Source: Candidatus Moraniibacteriota bacterium (lineage in GTDB: Bacteria; Patescibacteriota; Minisyncoccia; Moranbacterales; UBA2206). From it: a DNA stretch of 64,000 nucleotides. The notes under the pieces are model-generated. The model had not been told where the DNA came from. It saw only the letters and a program-made list of their open reading frames with translations, and made no database searches. The translations under genes were made by a program, and so were the position numbers. The stretch lies in NCBI GenBank assembly GCA_049303905.1, contig JBAQNP010000020.1, positions 5,584-69,583 on the forward strand, written 5' to 3'. Every line of letters begins with the position of its first letter. Within the stretch, counting starts at the first letter, position 1. Below are positions 35,185-46,138 of the stretch, one piece after another.

Positions 35185-36603
35185 ATGAAACAGAATAAAT
35201 TTTATATTACAACTCCTATATATTACGCTAATGCATCGCCTCACATTGGGCATGCTTATACCACAATTGCGGCGGATGTTTTGGCTCGATGGCATAGATT
35301 ACAGGGCGATGAAACTTTTCTCCTGACTGGAATGGATGAGCATGGAGCAAAAATTCAAAAAAAAGCGGCAGAAGTTAAAAAAGATCCTCAAAAATTTGTG
35401 GATGAAATTTCCGTGGAATTTGAAGATATCTGGAAAAAATTAAATGTTCAATACAATGGTTTTATCAGAACTACTAGTGAAAAACACAAAAAAGCCGTGC
35501 AAAAAGTTTTGCAAACGCTATATGATAAAGGTGCAATTTATAAAGGTGAATATGAAGGATTGTATTGCGTTGGCTGCGAGCAATTTCTAAATGAAAGCGA
35601 TTTGGTGGATGGAAAATGCCCTGATCACAATACAGTTCCGGAAAAAATGAAAGAAGAATGCTACCTTTTGAAAATGACCGAAATGCAAGAAAAGCTTATT
35701 GAAAAAATAAAAAAAGATGAGATGAAAATTTCTCCGGAAAGATATAAGAATGAAATTTTGTCTTTCTTGGAGAATCAAGAATTAAAAGATATTTCAATTT
35801 CTAGAAAAAATGTTTCTTGGGGAATATCATTGCCATTTGATGATCAGCATACAACCTATGTTTGGGTGGATGCTTTCTTAAATTATCTTACCGGTCTTGG
35901 CTGGGATGGAGATGAAAAAAATATTCCGAAGGAGTGGCCAGTCGACATAAATTTAATTGGCAAAGATATTTTGCGAGTGCATGCCACAATTTGGCCAGCA
36001 ATCTTACTTCATCTCGGCATAGAATTGCCAAAAATGATTTTTACTCATGGACATATTCTTTCGGGTGGAAAGAAAATGAGCAAAACTTTGGGTAATGTAA
36101 TTTCTCCTCAAGAAATGATAGAAAAATTTGGCACAGACGGAACGCGATATTTGCTTTTAAGCGCTGGAACTTTTGGTGAAGATGTTGATATGACGATGGA
36201 AAGAATGGTTGAAAAATATAATGCGGATTTAGCGAATGGATTGGGAAATTTAGTTTCAAGAGTTTTGAAACTTAGTGAAAAATCTGAAATTTCTTACAAT
36301 AAATTTGAATATAAGATTGATCCTGATATAGCCCACAGAATAAACAAAATGGGATTAGGAGTGGAATTAAATAAAATTATAAAAATGGTTTCAGATGCTA
36401 ATAAATATATGGGAGACACAAAACCATGGGAATTAGTAAAGGATAATCAAGAATCTTTTAATGAAGTAATGAAAAAACTTTTTATTGATTTATTTTCTAT
36501 AGCTTTTCAGTTGGAGTATTTTATGCCAGAAACTTCAGAAAAAATTAAAAAAGCAATAGATTCAAAAAAACTAGAAGAAGTTTTATTTCAAAGGATAAAA
36601 TAA
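35185..36603 (+). CDS. metG: Methionine--tRNA ligase, short form
   Basis: HIGH-type motif (ASPHIGHAYT), KMSKT motif (KMSKTLGNV) and Zn-knuckle cysteines. Confidence 0.9.
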   Translation: MKQNKFYITTPIYYANASPHIGHAYTTIAADVLARWHRLQGDETFLLTGMDEHGAKIQKKAAEVKKDPQKFVDEISVEFEDIWKKLNVQYNGFIRTTSEKHKKAVQKVLQTLYDKGAIYKGEYEGLYCVGCEQFLNESDLVDGKCPDHNTVPEKMKEECYLLKMTEMQEKLIEKIKKDEMKISPERYKNEILSFLENQELKDISISRKNVSWGISLPFDDQHTTYVWVDAFLNYLTGLGWDGDEKNIPKEWPVDINLIGKDILRVHATIWPAILLHLGIELPKMIFTHGHILSGGKKMSKTLGNVISPQEMIEKFGTDGTRYLLLSAGTFGEDVDMTMERMVEKYNADLANGLGNLVSRVLKLSEKSEISYNKFEYKIDPDIAHRINKMGLGVELNKIIKMVSDANKYMGDTKPWELVKDNQESFNEVMKKLFIDLFSIAFQLEYFMPETSEKIKKAIDSKKLEEVLFQRIK

Positions 36604-36620
36604 ATTTCATATAATCTATA

Positions 36621-36674
36621 GCATGTAGCATAAAACATATTTTGTTTCATGCTTCATGTTTCATGCTTCATGTT
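36621..36674 (+). repeat. MKHET-type AT-rich element (catgaaacatg word array), palindromic arrangement in the tatD 5' leader
   Basis: gcatgtagcataaaacat...tttcatgcttcatgtttcatgcttcatg shares gcatgtagcat and catgaaacatg words with the in-CDS copies at 5388, 54003, 54747 and 59741. Confidence 0.6.
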
Positions 36675-37539
36675 GATCGATACCCATGCTCATCTAAATT
36701 TCTCTGCATATAAAAATGATGCGGAAGAAGTAATTGGAAAAACTCTCGCGGAGGGTGTTTTTGTGATTAATGTGGGGTCGCAATATTCGACTAGTGTGCG
36801 GGCGGTGAAGTATGCCAAGAAGTATAATGGGCTATATGCGGCAATTGGAATTCATCCGCTTCATCTTCAGGCGCAAAAATTTTCCTATCATGACCCAGAT
36901 GAAATTGAAGAGGTGGAAATTGAAACAGCTGGAGAAATTTTTGAAAAAGAAAAATATTTGGAATTGGCTAAGAATTCAAAGGTGGTGGCGATTGGAGAAG
37001 TTGGTTTAGATTATCATCATTTCGACCCGCCTCGCGTCGACGAAGCGTCTCCACGAGTCGAGGCGGGTGCCGAGGATAACATTGAAAAATTAAAAGAAAA
37101 GCAGAAAGAAATATTTTTAGAATTTATCAAACTGGCGAATGCTGTGGAAAAACCGATCATGATTCATTGTTGGGACGCCTATGACGATCTATATGAAATG
37201 CTGGAAAAAAATCCAGTAGAGAAAAGAGGTGTGATTCATAGTTTTGTAGGAAGCTATAAAACTGCTAAGAAATTTATCGAGCTTGGCTATTTAATTGGAC
37301 TTAACGGTATAGTGACTTATGGGATAAGTTATGATAAGCTTATTCGCGAAGTTGATTTACGAAATATCATTTTAGAAACGGACTGCCCCTATCTTACTCC
37401 TGTGCCAAAAAAAGGTGAGAGGAATGAGCCGATGTATGTGAAATATGTTGCAATGAAGATAGCGGAAGTTAAGGGAATTCCATTAGAAGAAGTGGAGAAA
37501 ATAACAACAGAAAATGCTAAAAAATTATTTGGAATATAA
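36649..37539 (+). CDS. tatD: TatD family metal-dependent hydrolase
   Basis: IDTHAHL at the N-terminus (likely start ATG 36670), GEVGLDYH motif. Carries a 14-aa in-frame insertion, PPRVDEASPRVEAG, from a GC palindrome. Confidence 0.85.
   Translation: MLHVSCFMLIDTHAHLNFSAYKNDAEEVIGKTLAEGVFVINVGSQYSTSVRAVKYAKKYNGLYAAIGIHPLHLQAQKFSYHDPDEIEEVEIETAGEIFEKEKYLELAKNSKVVAIGEVGLDYHHFDPPRVDEASPRVEAGAEDNIEKLKEKQKEIFLEFIKLANAVEKPIMIHCWDAYDDLYEMLEKNPVEKRGVIHSFVGSYKTAKKFIELGYLIGLNGIVTYGISYDKLIREVDLRNIILETDCPYLTPVPKKGERNEPMYVKYVAMKIAEVKGIPLEEVEKITTENAKKLFGI
37026..37067 (+). repeat. Family 1 GC-rich palindromic element (42 nt) in-frame in tatD
   Basis: cccgcctcgcgtcgacgaagcgtctccacgagtcgaggcggg, 14 codons exactly. 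Confidence 0.75.
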
Positions 37540-37558
37540 AAATATGGAGGAATACCCT

Positions 37559-38251
37559 ATGCGAATAAATAAATATCTGGCGCTAAAAAACATTTGCTCT
37601 CGGCGAGAAGCGGATGGGCTGATTGAGGCCGGAAAAATCAAGATAAACAACAAGCGAGCAGTTTTGGGCGACAAAGTTCAGGAAAATGATGTGGTTAAAG
37701 TAGCGCAAAATTGTCAAAAAAAACTTTTCTACTATGCCTATAACAAGCCGATGGGGATAATCACACATAGTCCCCAAGGCGAGAAGGAAAAAAGTATTAT
37801 GGATATAGTGAAAATCCCTCAAAAAGTTTATCCGATTGGAAGACTCGACAAAGATTCTTGGGGACTCATAATTCTCACAAATGATGGTCGGATAACTGAC
37901 AAAGTTTTGAATCCGGAAAAGAAGCATGAAAAAGAATATGCTGTGAGAGTTAACAAAATTATGAAAGACAGCTTTATTGATAAAATGGCGCGCGGAGTAA
38001 GATTGGATGATGGGTATAAAACCAAGGAATGCAAAGTGCAAAAAATCAATGAAGGGATGTTTTCTATCATCCTTACGGAAGGAAAAAAGCGACAAATTAG
38101 GCGGATGTGTTCCGCTTTGGGATATAATGTGGTTGATCTAAAAAGAGTGAGAATTATGAGTATTAAAATTAAAGGCCTAAAACCGGGTGAATTTCGGGAA
38201 ATTAAGGGTGATGAACTCAAGAATTTCCTACTGGAATTGGGGTTAAGTTAA
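37559..38251 (+). CDS. Pseudouridine synthase, RsuA/RluB family
   Basis: The S4 domain starts at MRINKYLA. The motif YAYNKPMGIITH and the catalytic Asp (GRLDKDSWGLII) are present. The ORF track's upstream start at 37514 would overlap tatD. Confidence 0.8.
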   Translation: MRINKYLALKNICSRREADGLIEAGKIKINNKRAVLGDKVQENDVVKVAQNCQKKLFYYAYNKPMGIITHSPQGEKEKSIMDIVKIPQKVYPIGRLDKDSWGLIILTNDGRITDKVLNPEKKHEKEYAVRVNKIMKDSFIDKMARGVRLDDGYKTKECKVQKINEGMFSIILTEGKKRQIRRMCSALGYNVVDLKRVRIMSIKIKGLKPGEFREIKGDELKNFLLELGLS

Positions 38252-38301
38252 TCAAAATTTCCAACTCTTGACTTTTTTTCAAAAACACATAAGAATATAT
38301 A

Positions 38302-38616
38302 GTGGCTCCTAAAAAGAAAGTTTTTTATTTAAATATGGAAAAAGAAAAAAACAATTCGAAGGCGCCTTGGTGGCAGCCGGGTTTATTGCTTTTTTATCGG
38401 CTTTCTGGTTGGATTGCGGGACCGATAATTCTGGCAATTTTTGTCGGCAGATGGCTAGATAAGAAATATCAAACTGAACCTTGGCTTTTTCTTCTCTCTG
38501 TTGGCATTGCCTTTATCATTTCAACAATAGGCATAACTAAAGATGCAATGCGTGAACTAAAAAGAATAGAAAACGAAGATAAAAAAGAAGCGCAGGATAA
38601 AATAGCAAAAAAATAG
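38302..38616 (+). CDS. Small membrane protein directly upstream of atpB (AtpI/AtpZ-like)
   Basis: 104 aa with two TM helices. The position is conserved in F-ATPase operons. Confidence 0.5.
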   Translation: MAPKKKVFYLNMEKEKNNSKAPWWQPGLLLFYRLSGWIAGPIILAIFVGRWLDKKYQTEPWLFLLSVGIAFIISTIGITKDAMRELKRIENEDKKEAQDKIAKK

Positions 38617-38619
38617 CAT

Positions 38620-39471
38620 ATGGCAGAACACGAAATACAAACGAATAGTCATGAGTCTAATCAGGAATTTTCCCACGAAGCAACTTTGTTTGCTGAGCCG
38701 ATTTTTCATTTCGGTAGTTTTACTGTCACCAACTCTTTGATTATGAGTTGGATAACAGTTCTAATTCTGGTCGCTTTTTTTGTTATGACTGGAAAGAAAA
38801 TTAAAAAAATTCCAAAAGGTTTGCAGAATGTTTTTGAAATTTTACTCGAGAAGGCTTTGGAATTGGGCGACAGTATCACGGGAGAAAGAAAAAGAACAGA
38901 AAAGTTCCTGCCAATCTCAATGGCTCTTTTTTTGTTTATACTGGTGAATAATTGGCTCGGGCTTTTGCCGGGTGTGGGAACAATCGGATTTAATGAAGTT
39001 GACGGCGCGCATAGAGTTTTTGTGCCGATTCTTCGTGGTGGAACAGCTGACATCAACACCACCTTGGCACTGGCACTTTTTGCAGTAGTGGCTTCACATG
39101 TTATGGGAGTACTTGCGATTGGTGTTTGGAGTCATTTGAATAAATTTATAAATATAGAAGCATTTTTGGAAATTCCGAGTAAGATAAAAAAAGATGTAAC
39201 CATTGTCTTAGTCAATCCAATCAAAGCCTTTGTGGGAATAGTGGAAGTGATTGGAGAAATTGCCAAGGTAGCCTCGCTCACCTTCCGGCTTTTTGGGAAT
39301 ATTTTTGCTGGGGAAGTGCTGTTGGCTTCGATGATGGCGCTGTTTGCCTATTTTCTGCCACTACCATTTATGTTTTTGGAAATGATTGTAGGGATAATTC
39401 AGGCGCTCATATTTGCAATACTCACCATGGTTTTTATGACAATAGCTACCGAAAAACATGCTGAGCATTAA
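38620..39471 (+). CDS. atpB: ATP synthase F0 subunit a
   Basis: LTFRLFGNIFAGEVLL (the essential Arg region). Confidence 0.9.
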   Translation: MAEHEIQTNSHESNQEFSHEATLFAEPIFHFGSFTVTNSLIMSWITVLILVAFFVMTGKKIKKIPKGLQNVFEILLEKALELGDSITGERKRTEKFLPISMALFLFILVNNWLGLLPGVGTIGFNEVDGAHRVFVPILRGGTADINTTLALALFAVVASHVMGVLAIGVWSHLNKFINIEAFLEIPSKIKKDVTIVLVNPIKAFVGIVEVIGEIAKVASLTFRLFGNIFAGEVLLASMMALFAYFLPLPFMFLEMIVGIIQALIFAILTMVFMTIATEKHAEH

Positions 39472-39549
39472 TTTATAGTTAATTAATTTTTTAAATTTTA
39501 TTTTTCAAGCGACTTTAAAAACATAAAAACAAGTCGACTTCAAAAGTAG

Positions 39550-39774
<225 letters not shown>

Positions 39775-39932
39775 TTTCAGATGCTCCATCTAACGAGGTG
39801 GGGCAAAATGAGATTGTTAAAAATTCCAAGATACAAGAAACAAGAAACAAACAAATCACAATTTTAAAAATTCAATAATCAAACAGTGTTAATTTGTAAG
39901 TTGATTATTGAAAATTATTTGTATCTTGTAGC

Positions 39933-40445
39933 TTGTTTCTTGATTATTATAATTTTATGGATGAACTAATAAAAACATTTCACATTGAAGTTAACTTACT
40001 CTTAGCGCAGATGGTCAATTTTGTCATCGTGCTTTTGGTGCTGTATAAATTTGCCTACAAACCGATTTTGAAAACATTAAATGACAGGACGAAAAAAATT
40101 GAAAAAGGTTTGAAAGATAGTGCTGATGCTTCACAAAAATTGGAGGAAATAACTGAAAAAGAAAAAGAAGTTTTACTAAACGCCAAAAAAGAAGCCCAAG
40201 AAATTATCAAAAAATCTGAAAATGAAGCTAGGAAAAATGCTGAAAACATCACGACCGAAATGAAAGAAAAAAATGCCAAAATGCTTGAAGACGCCAAGGC
40301 AATGATTGAAGAAGAGAAAAAGAAAATGCTTTCTGAGATAAAATCAGAAGTGGCTGATCTTGTGGTGATGGCGACGGAAAAAGTGATTGCGGAGAAATTA
40401 GATTTAAATAAGGACAAAGAAATAATTGAAAAAGCGATAAAATAA
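39933..40445 (+). CDS. atpF: ATP synthase F0 subunit b
   Basis: N-terminal TM followed by a long charged coiled-coil. Confidence 0.8.
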   Translation: MFLDYYNFMDELIKTFHIEVNLLLAQMVNFVIVLLVLYKFAYKPILKTLNDRTKKIEKGLKDSADASQKLEEITEKEKEVLLNAKKEAQEIIKKSENEARKNAENITTEMKEKNAKMLEDAKAMIEEEKKKMLSEIKSEVADLVVMATEKVIAEKLDLNKDKEIIEKAIK

Positions 40446-40847
40446 ATGAAAATCACAGCCACGCAATACGCGAAAAGTTTATATGAAGTGACACGGGAAA
40501 AATCTCAAAACGAGATTGGTGTTGTGATAGAAAATTTTGTGAAAATTTTGACGAAAAATAGGCAAACTAAATTGGTTGTGAAAATTATCAAGAAATTTGA
40601 AGAGTTATATAACAGAGAAAGTGGTATTGCGGAAGTGGAAATAATAACAAGATACAAGATACAAGATACAAGATACAAACAAATTGAGGAATTTATTAAG
40701 AAGAAATACGGGGCGAAAGAAGTTGTGATTGAAAATAAAATTGACGAAAGCATCAAGGGTGGAATAATTTTGAAAATCGGCGATGAAATTTTGGACGCGA
40801 GCGTGGAGAGACAGTTAGTAGAGTTGAAGAAAAGTCTGAACCACTGA
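40446..40847 (+). CDS. atpH: ATP synthase F1 subunit delta (OSCP)
   Basis: Position and size fit. Start overlaps the atpF stop. Contains an (AAGATAC)x4 tandem heptamer encoding TRYKIQDTRYK. Confidence 0.7.
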   Translation: MKITATQYAKSLYEVTREKSQNEIGVVIENFVKILTKNRQTKLVVKIIKKFEELYNRESGIAEVEIITRYKIQDTRYKQIEEFIKKKYGAKEVVIENKIDESIKGGIILKIGDEILDASVERQLVELKKSLNH

Positions 40848-40895
40848 TTATCACGTGAGCTCACATGATTTCACTGAATTAAAAATAGAAAAAAT

Positions 40896-40964
40896 TGTCA
40901 TCCTGAACTTGTTTCAGGATCTCCGAAACTAAGTACGAGATTCCGAAACAAGTTCGGAATGACA
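40896..40964 (+). repeat. Double-hairpin element family 2 copy (variant) downstream of atpH
   Basis: tgtcatcctgaacttgtttcaggatc...gattccgaaacaagttcggaatgaca. Hairpin B arms have changed (ccgaa instead of gctgaa) but the inverted repeat is preserved. Confidence 0.65.
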
Positions 40965-41063
40965 TAATAGAGATAGAAGTTCTTTGGAAAATTAAAAATA
41001 AAAAAGCCACGTCATCCTAATAATACAGGAATCAGTGGCTTTCGGCTGGCGAGGCGACGATAA

Positions 41064-41279
41064 TTAAGGGGCTGTCTTGATGGCTTGGGCAAGTTCCTCG
41101 TATGTTTTGTACATACTTGGCACCATATTAACCAAGGTCATTGCCCAGCCACCATCAGATATGCAGTTCTCAAGAGAGTGTCCATTGGTTTTCACGAAAT
41201 TTATTTTCTCTTTGGGCGTGCAACCCGCTTCTTTCATTGCCTTTTCGTATGCTTGCAATTTTTCTGCTAAACTGTCCAT
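41064..41279 (-). CDS. Small protein (71 aa) encoded antisense within the atpH-atpA spacer
   Basis: Strong SD aaggaggtg 7 nt upstream of the ATG (MDSLAEKLQAYEKAMKEAGCTPKE...). Its own rho-independent terminator lies downstream (hairpin gccacgtcatcct...aggaatcagtggc + T-run at 41000-41050 on -). No family recognised. Confidence 0.55.
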   Translation of the reverse strand: MDSLAEKLQAYEKAMKEAGCTPKEKINFVKTNGHSLENCISDGGWAMTLVNMVPSMYKTYEELAQAIKTAP

Positions 41280-41475
41280 ATTCTTCACCTCCTTTATAAA
41301 AAAGTTTTAAGGTTATTGAGATGATTACATTGAATCAAATCGTATAAATATAGTATGAAATTAATAAAAAGTCAAATTTTTACTAACATACGAATCTTTC
41401 TAAAATACTAATTCGTACTTTCGCTAGATTCGTACTTTCGTAAATTATAATCTAACTAAAATTTATAAAAACATT

Positions 41476-43014
41476 ATGAGCAAAGACTACATCATCGAAC
41501 AACTAAAAAAGCAAATTGAAAATTTTGAGACTAAAACTCAGACTGAAAAAGTCGGAACCGTATTGGAAGTTGGGGACGGCGTGGCGAAAGTTTCCAGCCT
41601 CTCTGACGTGATGGCTTCGGAGATGTTGGAATTCTTGCCTCGCCAAAGTGAAGCGAAGGCGGGTTCTAATGGAATTTATGGCGTGGCGCTCAACTTGGAA
41701 GAAGGCCAAATCGGAGCCATGATTTTGGGTGAATTTTCTGGTATCAAAGAAGGTGATCAAGTCAAATCAACGGGAAAAATTTTGTCGATTCCAGTGGGGG
41801 AGAATATGATTGGCCGAGTAATCAATCCGCTTGGACAAGCGATTGATGGCAAAGGCGAAATCGTCTCCGAAAAATTCTATCCAATTGAAAAAATTGCTCC
41901 GGGAGTTATCACTCGTCAATCCGTCAATCAACCGGTGCAAACAGGAATTAAAGCGATTGATGCAATGATCCCAGTGGGGCGAGGTCAAAGAGAGCTTATC
42001 ATTGGCGACCGCCAAACTGGAAAAACTGCCATTGCGATTGATGCCATCATCAATCAGAAAGGTCAAAACATGAAATGCATCTATGTCGCCATTGGACAAA
42101 AAGAATCCAAGATTGCTCGAATTGTAGCAGAACTTGAAAAGAAAGGGGCGATGGAATATACCACGATTGTTTTGGCGGGTGCATCTGATCCAGCTGCTTT
42201 TTCTTTTATCGCTCCCTATTCTGGTTGCGCGCTGGGAGAATATTTTATGGATAAAGGTGAAGATGTTTTGGTGATTTACGATGATCTTTCCAAACACGCT
42301 TGGGCTTATCGCCAAATTTCTTTAATTCTCAAGCGTCCACCAGGGCGTGAAGCTTATCCGGGAGATGTTTTCTATTTGCATTCTCGACTTTTGGAGAGAA
42401 GTGCAAAACTTAACAAGGATTTCGGTAGTGGATCAATCACAGCCTTGCCGATCATTGAAACGCAAGCAGGTGATGTGTCAGCTTACATTCCAACTAATGT
42501 TATCTCAATTACTGACGGACAAATTTATTTGGAATCGGATCTTTTCTACAAAGGAATTCGTCCAGCCTTGAACGTGGGACTTTCTGTGTCTCGCGTGGGA
42601 TCAGCAGCGCAAACTAAGGCGATGAAAAAAGTGGCCGGAAAACTTCGTTTGGACTTGGCTCAATTTCGAGAATTGGAAGCTTTTGCACAATTTGGATCTG
42701 ATTTGGATGAAAACACTCGTCGTCAAATCGAACGGGGACGAAGAACAGTGGAAATTTTAAAACAAGATCAATACGCACCGATGCTAATGGAAAACCAAGT
42801 CGCGATTCTTTATGCTCTCACTAATGGATTCATAGATGATGTAGCAGTAGAAAAAATTCGAACATGGGAAACTGATTTTCAAAAATATCTAAATTCTAGC
42901 GCGAAAGAAGTGTTGACTCTGATTGCCGAAAAGAAAGAATTGACGGAAGACGTGATTGAAAAATTAGAAAAAGCGATCAAAGATTTTAAGGATATATATC
43001 AAAACGGGGTATAA
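41476..43014 (+). CDS. atpA: ATP synthase F1 subunit alpha
   Basis: GDRQTGKT Walker A, 512 aa. Confidence 0.95.
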   Translation: MSKDYIIEQLKKQIENFETKTQTEKVGTVLEVGDGVAKVSSLSDVMASEMLEFLPRQSEAKAGSNGIYGVALNLEEGQIGAMILGEFSGIKEGDQVKSTGKILSIPVGENMIGRVINPLGQAIDGKGEIVSEKFYPIEKIAPGVITRQSVNQPVQTGIKAIDAMIPVGRGQRELIIGDRQTGKTAIAIDAIINQKGQNMKCIYVAIGQKESKIARIVAELEKKGAMEYTTIVLAGASDPAAFSFIAPYSGCALGEYFMDKGEDVLVIYDDLSKHAWAYRQISLILKRPPGREAYPGDVFYLHSRLLERSAKLNKDFGSGSITALPIIETQAGDVSAYIPTNVISITDGQIYLESDLFYKGIRPALNVGLSVSRVGSAAQTKAMKKVAGKLRLDLAQFRELEAFAQFGSDLDENTRRQIERGRRTVEILKQDQYAPMLMENQVAILYALTNGFIDDVAVEKIRTWETDFQKYLNSSAKEVLTLIAEKKELTEDVIEKLEKAIKDFKDIYQNGV

Positions 43015-43108
43015 TCTTTACTAATTACGAATCAAGTACGAACATAACTAATAAAAAAATTCGTAATTCGTATATTAGTAAATAATTAGTAATTCGTAAA
43101 GAAAAGCT

Positions 43109-44068
43109 ATGGCTTCAGGTAAAGAAATTAAAAGACGAATAAAATCCATTCAGAACACCGGAAAAATTACTCGGGCAATGGAAATGGTGAGTGCGGCTAA
43201 AATGCGCCGAGCTATTTCAAGTGTGCTCGCAATCAGACCATATGCTCATAGCGCTTGGAGTGTGCTTACGAATTTAGCGCGTTCATTTAGGGAGAAGCAA
43301 GACGGTTTATTAGCTGTGCGTGAAGTGAGGAGTGTTTTGGCAATCGCAATCACATCGAACCGCGGACTTTGCGGATCATTCAATTCTCAATTGACAAAAA
43401 AAATCAGAGAGGAATTGGCGAGTCCGAAAAATTTGAAAATAAATCGAATCGGTAACAAAAAAATAGAATCAAAAATCACTGATGAAGAATTGAAAATCGA
43501 TTTTATTACTGTCGGTAGAAAAGGTGAGAATGTTGTGAAGAGAACCGGCAAGGAAATCATCGCCTCATTTAATGATTTGACCTATTTGCCAAAATTTGAA
43601 GCCGTGCGAGCAGTAGGAAAGGTCGTAATTGATGATTATTTGGGCAAAAAATATGACAAGGTAGTTATTTTCTATACTGATTATGTTTCCGCTATCAAGC
43701 AAGAAACAAAAGTGCGCCAAATTTTGCCACTTTCAAAGATTGATTTGGAAAAACAATTAGCTGAAATGGATGTTTTGGCGGAAGAATACGGACTTAAAAA
43801 GCCAAAATCTGAATATAAAGTTGAGCCGAGTCCGGAGGAAGTTTTGGATCATATTATCCCGCGTCTCATTGAAATGCAGATCTATCATGCAATTTTGGAA
43901 TCGAATGCTTCCAAAGAATCCGCCCGAATGGTTGCTATGAGAAATGCCACCGATGCTGCCAAAGAAATGGCCGATGATTTCACTCTGGCCTATAATCAAA
44001 TTAGACAGATGAAAATTACTCAAGAGATAGCGGAGATTAGTGCGGGGATGGCGGCATTAGAACAATGA
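43109..44068 (+). CDS. atpG: ATP synthase F1 subunit gamma
   Basis: IKRRIKSIQNTGKITRAMEMVSAAKMRRA N-terminus and C-terminal helix. Confidence 0.9.
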   Translation: MASGKEIKRRIKSIQNTGKITRAMEMVSAAKMRRAISSVLAIRPYAHSAWSVLTNLARSFREKQDGLLAVREVRSVLAIAITSNRGLCGSFNSQLTKKIREELASPKNLKINRIGNKKIESKITDEELKIDFITVGRKGENVVKRTGKEIIASFNDLTYLPKFEAVRAVGKVVIDDYLGKKYDKVVIFYTDYVSAIKQETKVRQILPLSKIDLEKQLAEMDVLAEEYGLKKPKSEYKVEPSPEEVLDHIIPRLIEMQIYHAILESNASKESARMVAMRNATDAAKEMADDFTLAYNQIRQMKITQEIAEISAGMAALEQ

Positions 44069-44244
44069 CCAATAACCAAGATACAATAACCAAAAAAATT
44101 CCAATACTCAAAATCCAAATTGGTAATTGTATCTTGTGTCCTTGGTGATTGCGAAGACTGTTCTTTGGAAAATTTAAAATAAAAAAGCCATCAAATCTAG
44201 AAGTAGATGATGACTTTAAGTTTAAATTACCGCCTTTTGGTGAT

Positions 44245-44397
44245 TTAGTGGGATGAGTTATTAATGACTGCGCCCGCAATATAACTTACAGCTATGATAA
44301 TAGGCGCTGCTATACCCACAACATAGTAGCCTATCCAGCCAACAACGCAGGATAGAATAACGAAGACTAGTCGTTCCCCAGGTCTCAATGTTTGCAT
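44245..44397 (-). CDS. Small hydrophobic protein (50 aa) antisense within the atpG-atpD spacer
   Basis: SD ggaggta 6 nt upstream of ATG. MQTLRPGERLVFVILSCVVGWIGYYVVGIAAPIIIAVSYIAGAVINNSSH, checked codon by codon. Not in the ORF track. Preferred over the overlapping low-complexity 44037-44279 ORF. Confidence 0.5.
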   Translation of the reverse strand: MQTLRPGERLVFVILSCVVGWIGYYVVGIAAPIIIAVSYIAGAVINNSSH

Positions 44398-44640
44398 ATG
44401 TACCTCCTTTTAAGGTTAAAAAATACGTTGATTTTCACTAACCTAATATTATACTCCAAATCAACTAAAAAGTCAACCCTTAAATCCTAATCAGTGAATA
44501 ATTGGCTAAAATAAAGCAAAGAATAACTTTTTTACGAATTACGAATTTTATACGAATATACTAATAATATTTTTTTAAAGATTAGTATATTAGTAAAGAG
44601 ATTAGTAATTAGTAAAGACATAACTTAAAATTAATTCTAA

Positions 44641-46080
<1,440 letters not shown>

Positions 46081-46093
46081 TTTTTTAACTTCA

Positions 46094-46135
46094 GAATTTC
46101 TAATTTCTAATTTCTAATTTCTAATTTCTAATTTC
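46094..46135 (+). repeat. Tandem heptamer (AATTTCT)x6 ending 3 nt before the atpC start codon
   Basis: gaatttctaatttctaatttctaatttctaatttctaatttctaaATGG. No Shine-Dalgarno sequence in this spacer. Confidence 0.8.
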
Positions 46136-46138
46136 TAA

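Noticed and set aside
40850-40875. parS site (tatcacgtgagctcacatgat near-palindrome)
   Set aside because: It contains the CACGTG core but does not match the TGTTTCACGTGAAACA parS consensus. It is 20 kb from parAB, and no second copy was seen.
41077-41310. + strand ORFs 41077-41310 and 41085-41270 in the atpH-atpA spacer
   Set aside because: They are antisense to the better-supported - strand 71-aa gene, which has a consensus SD and its own terminator. Their translations are hydrophobic and Cys-rich nonsense with no start context.
44037-44279. 80-aa - strand ORF overlapping the 3' end of atpG
   Set aside because: It overlaps atpG coding sequence, is low-complexity, and has no SD. The adjacent 50-aa ORF (44245-44397) has a strong SD and a clean hydrophobic helix and is preferred.
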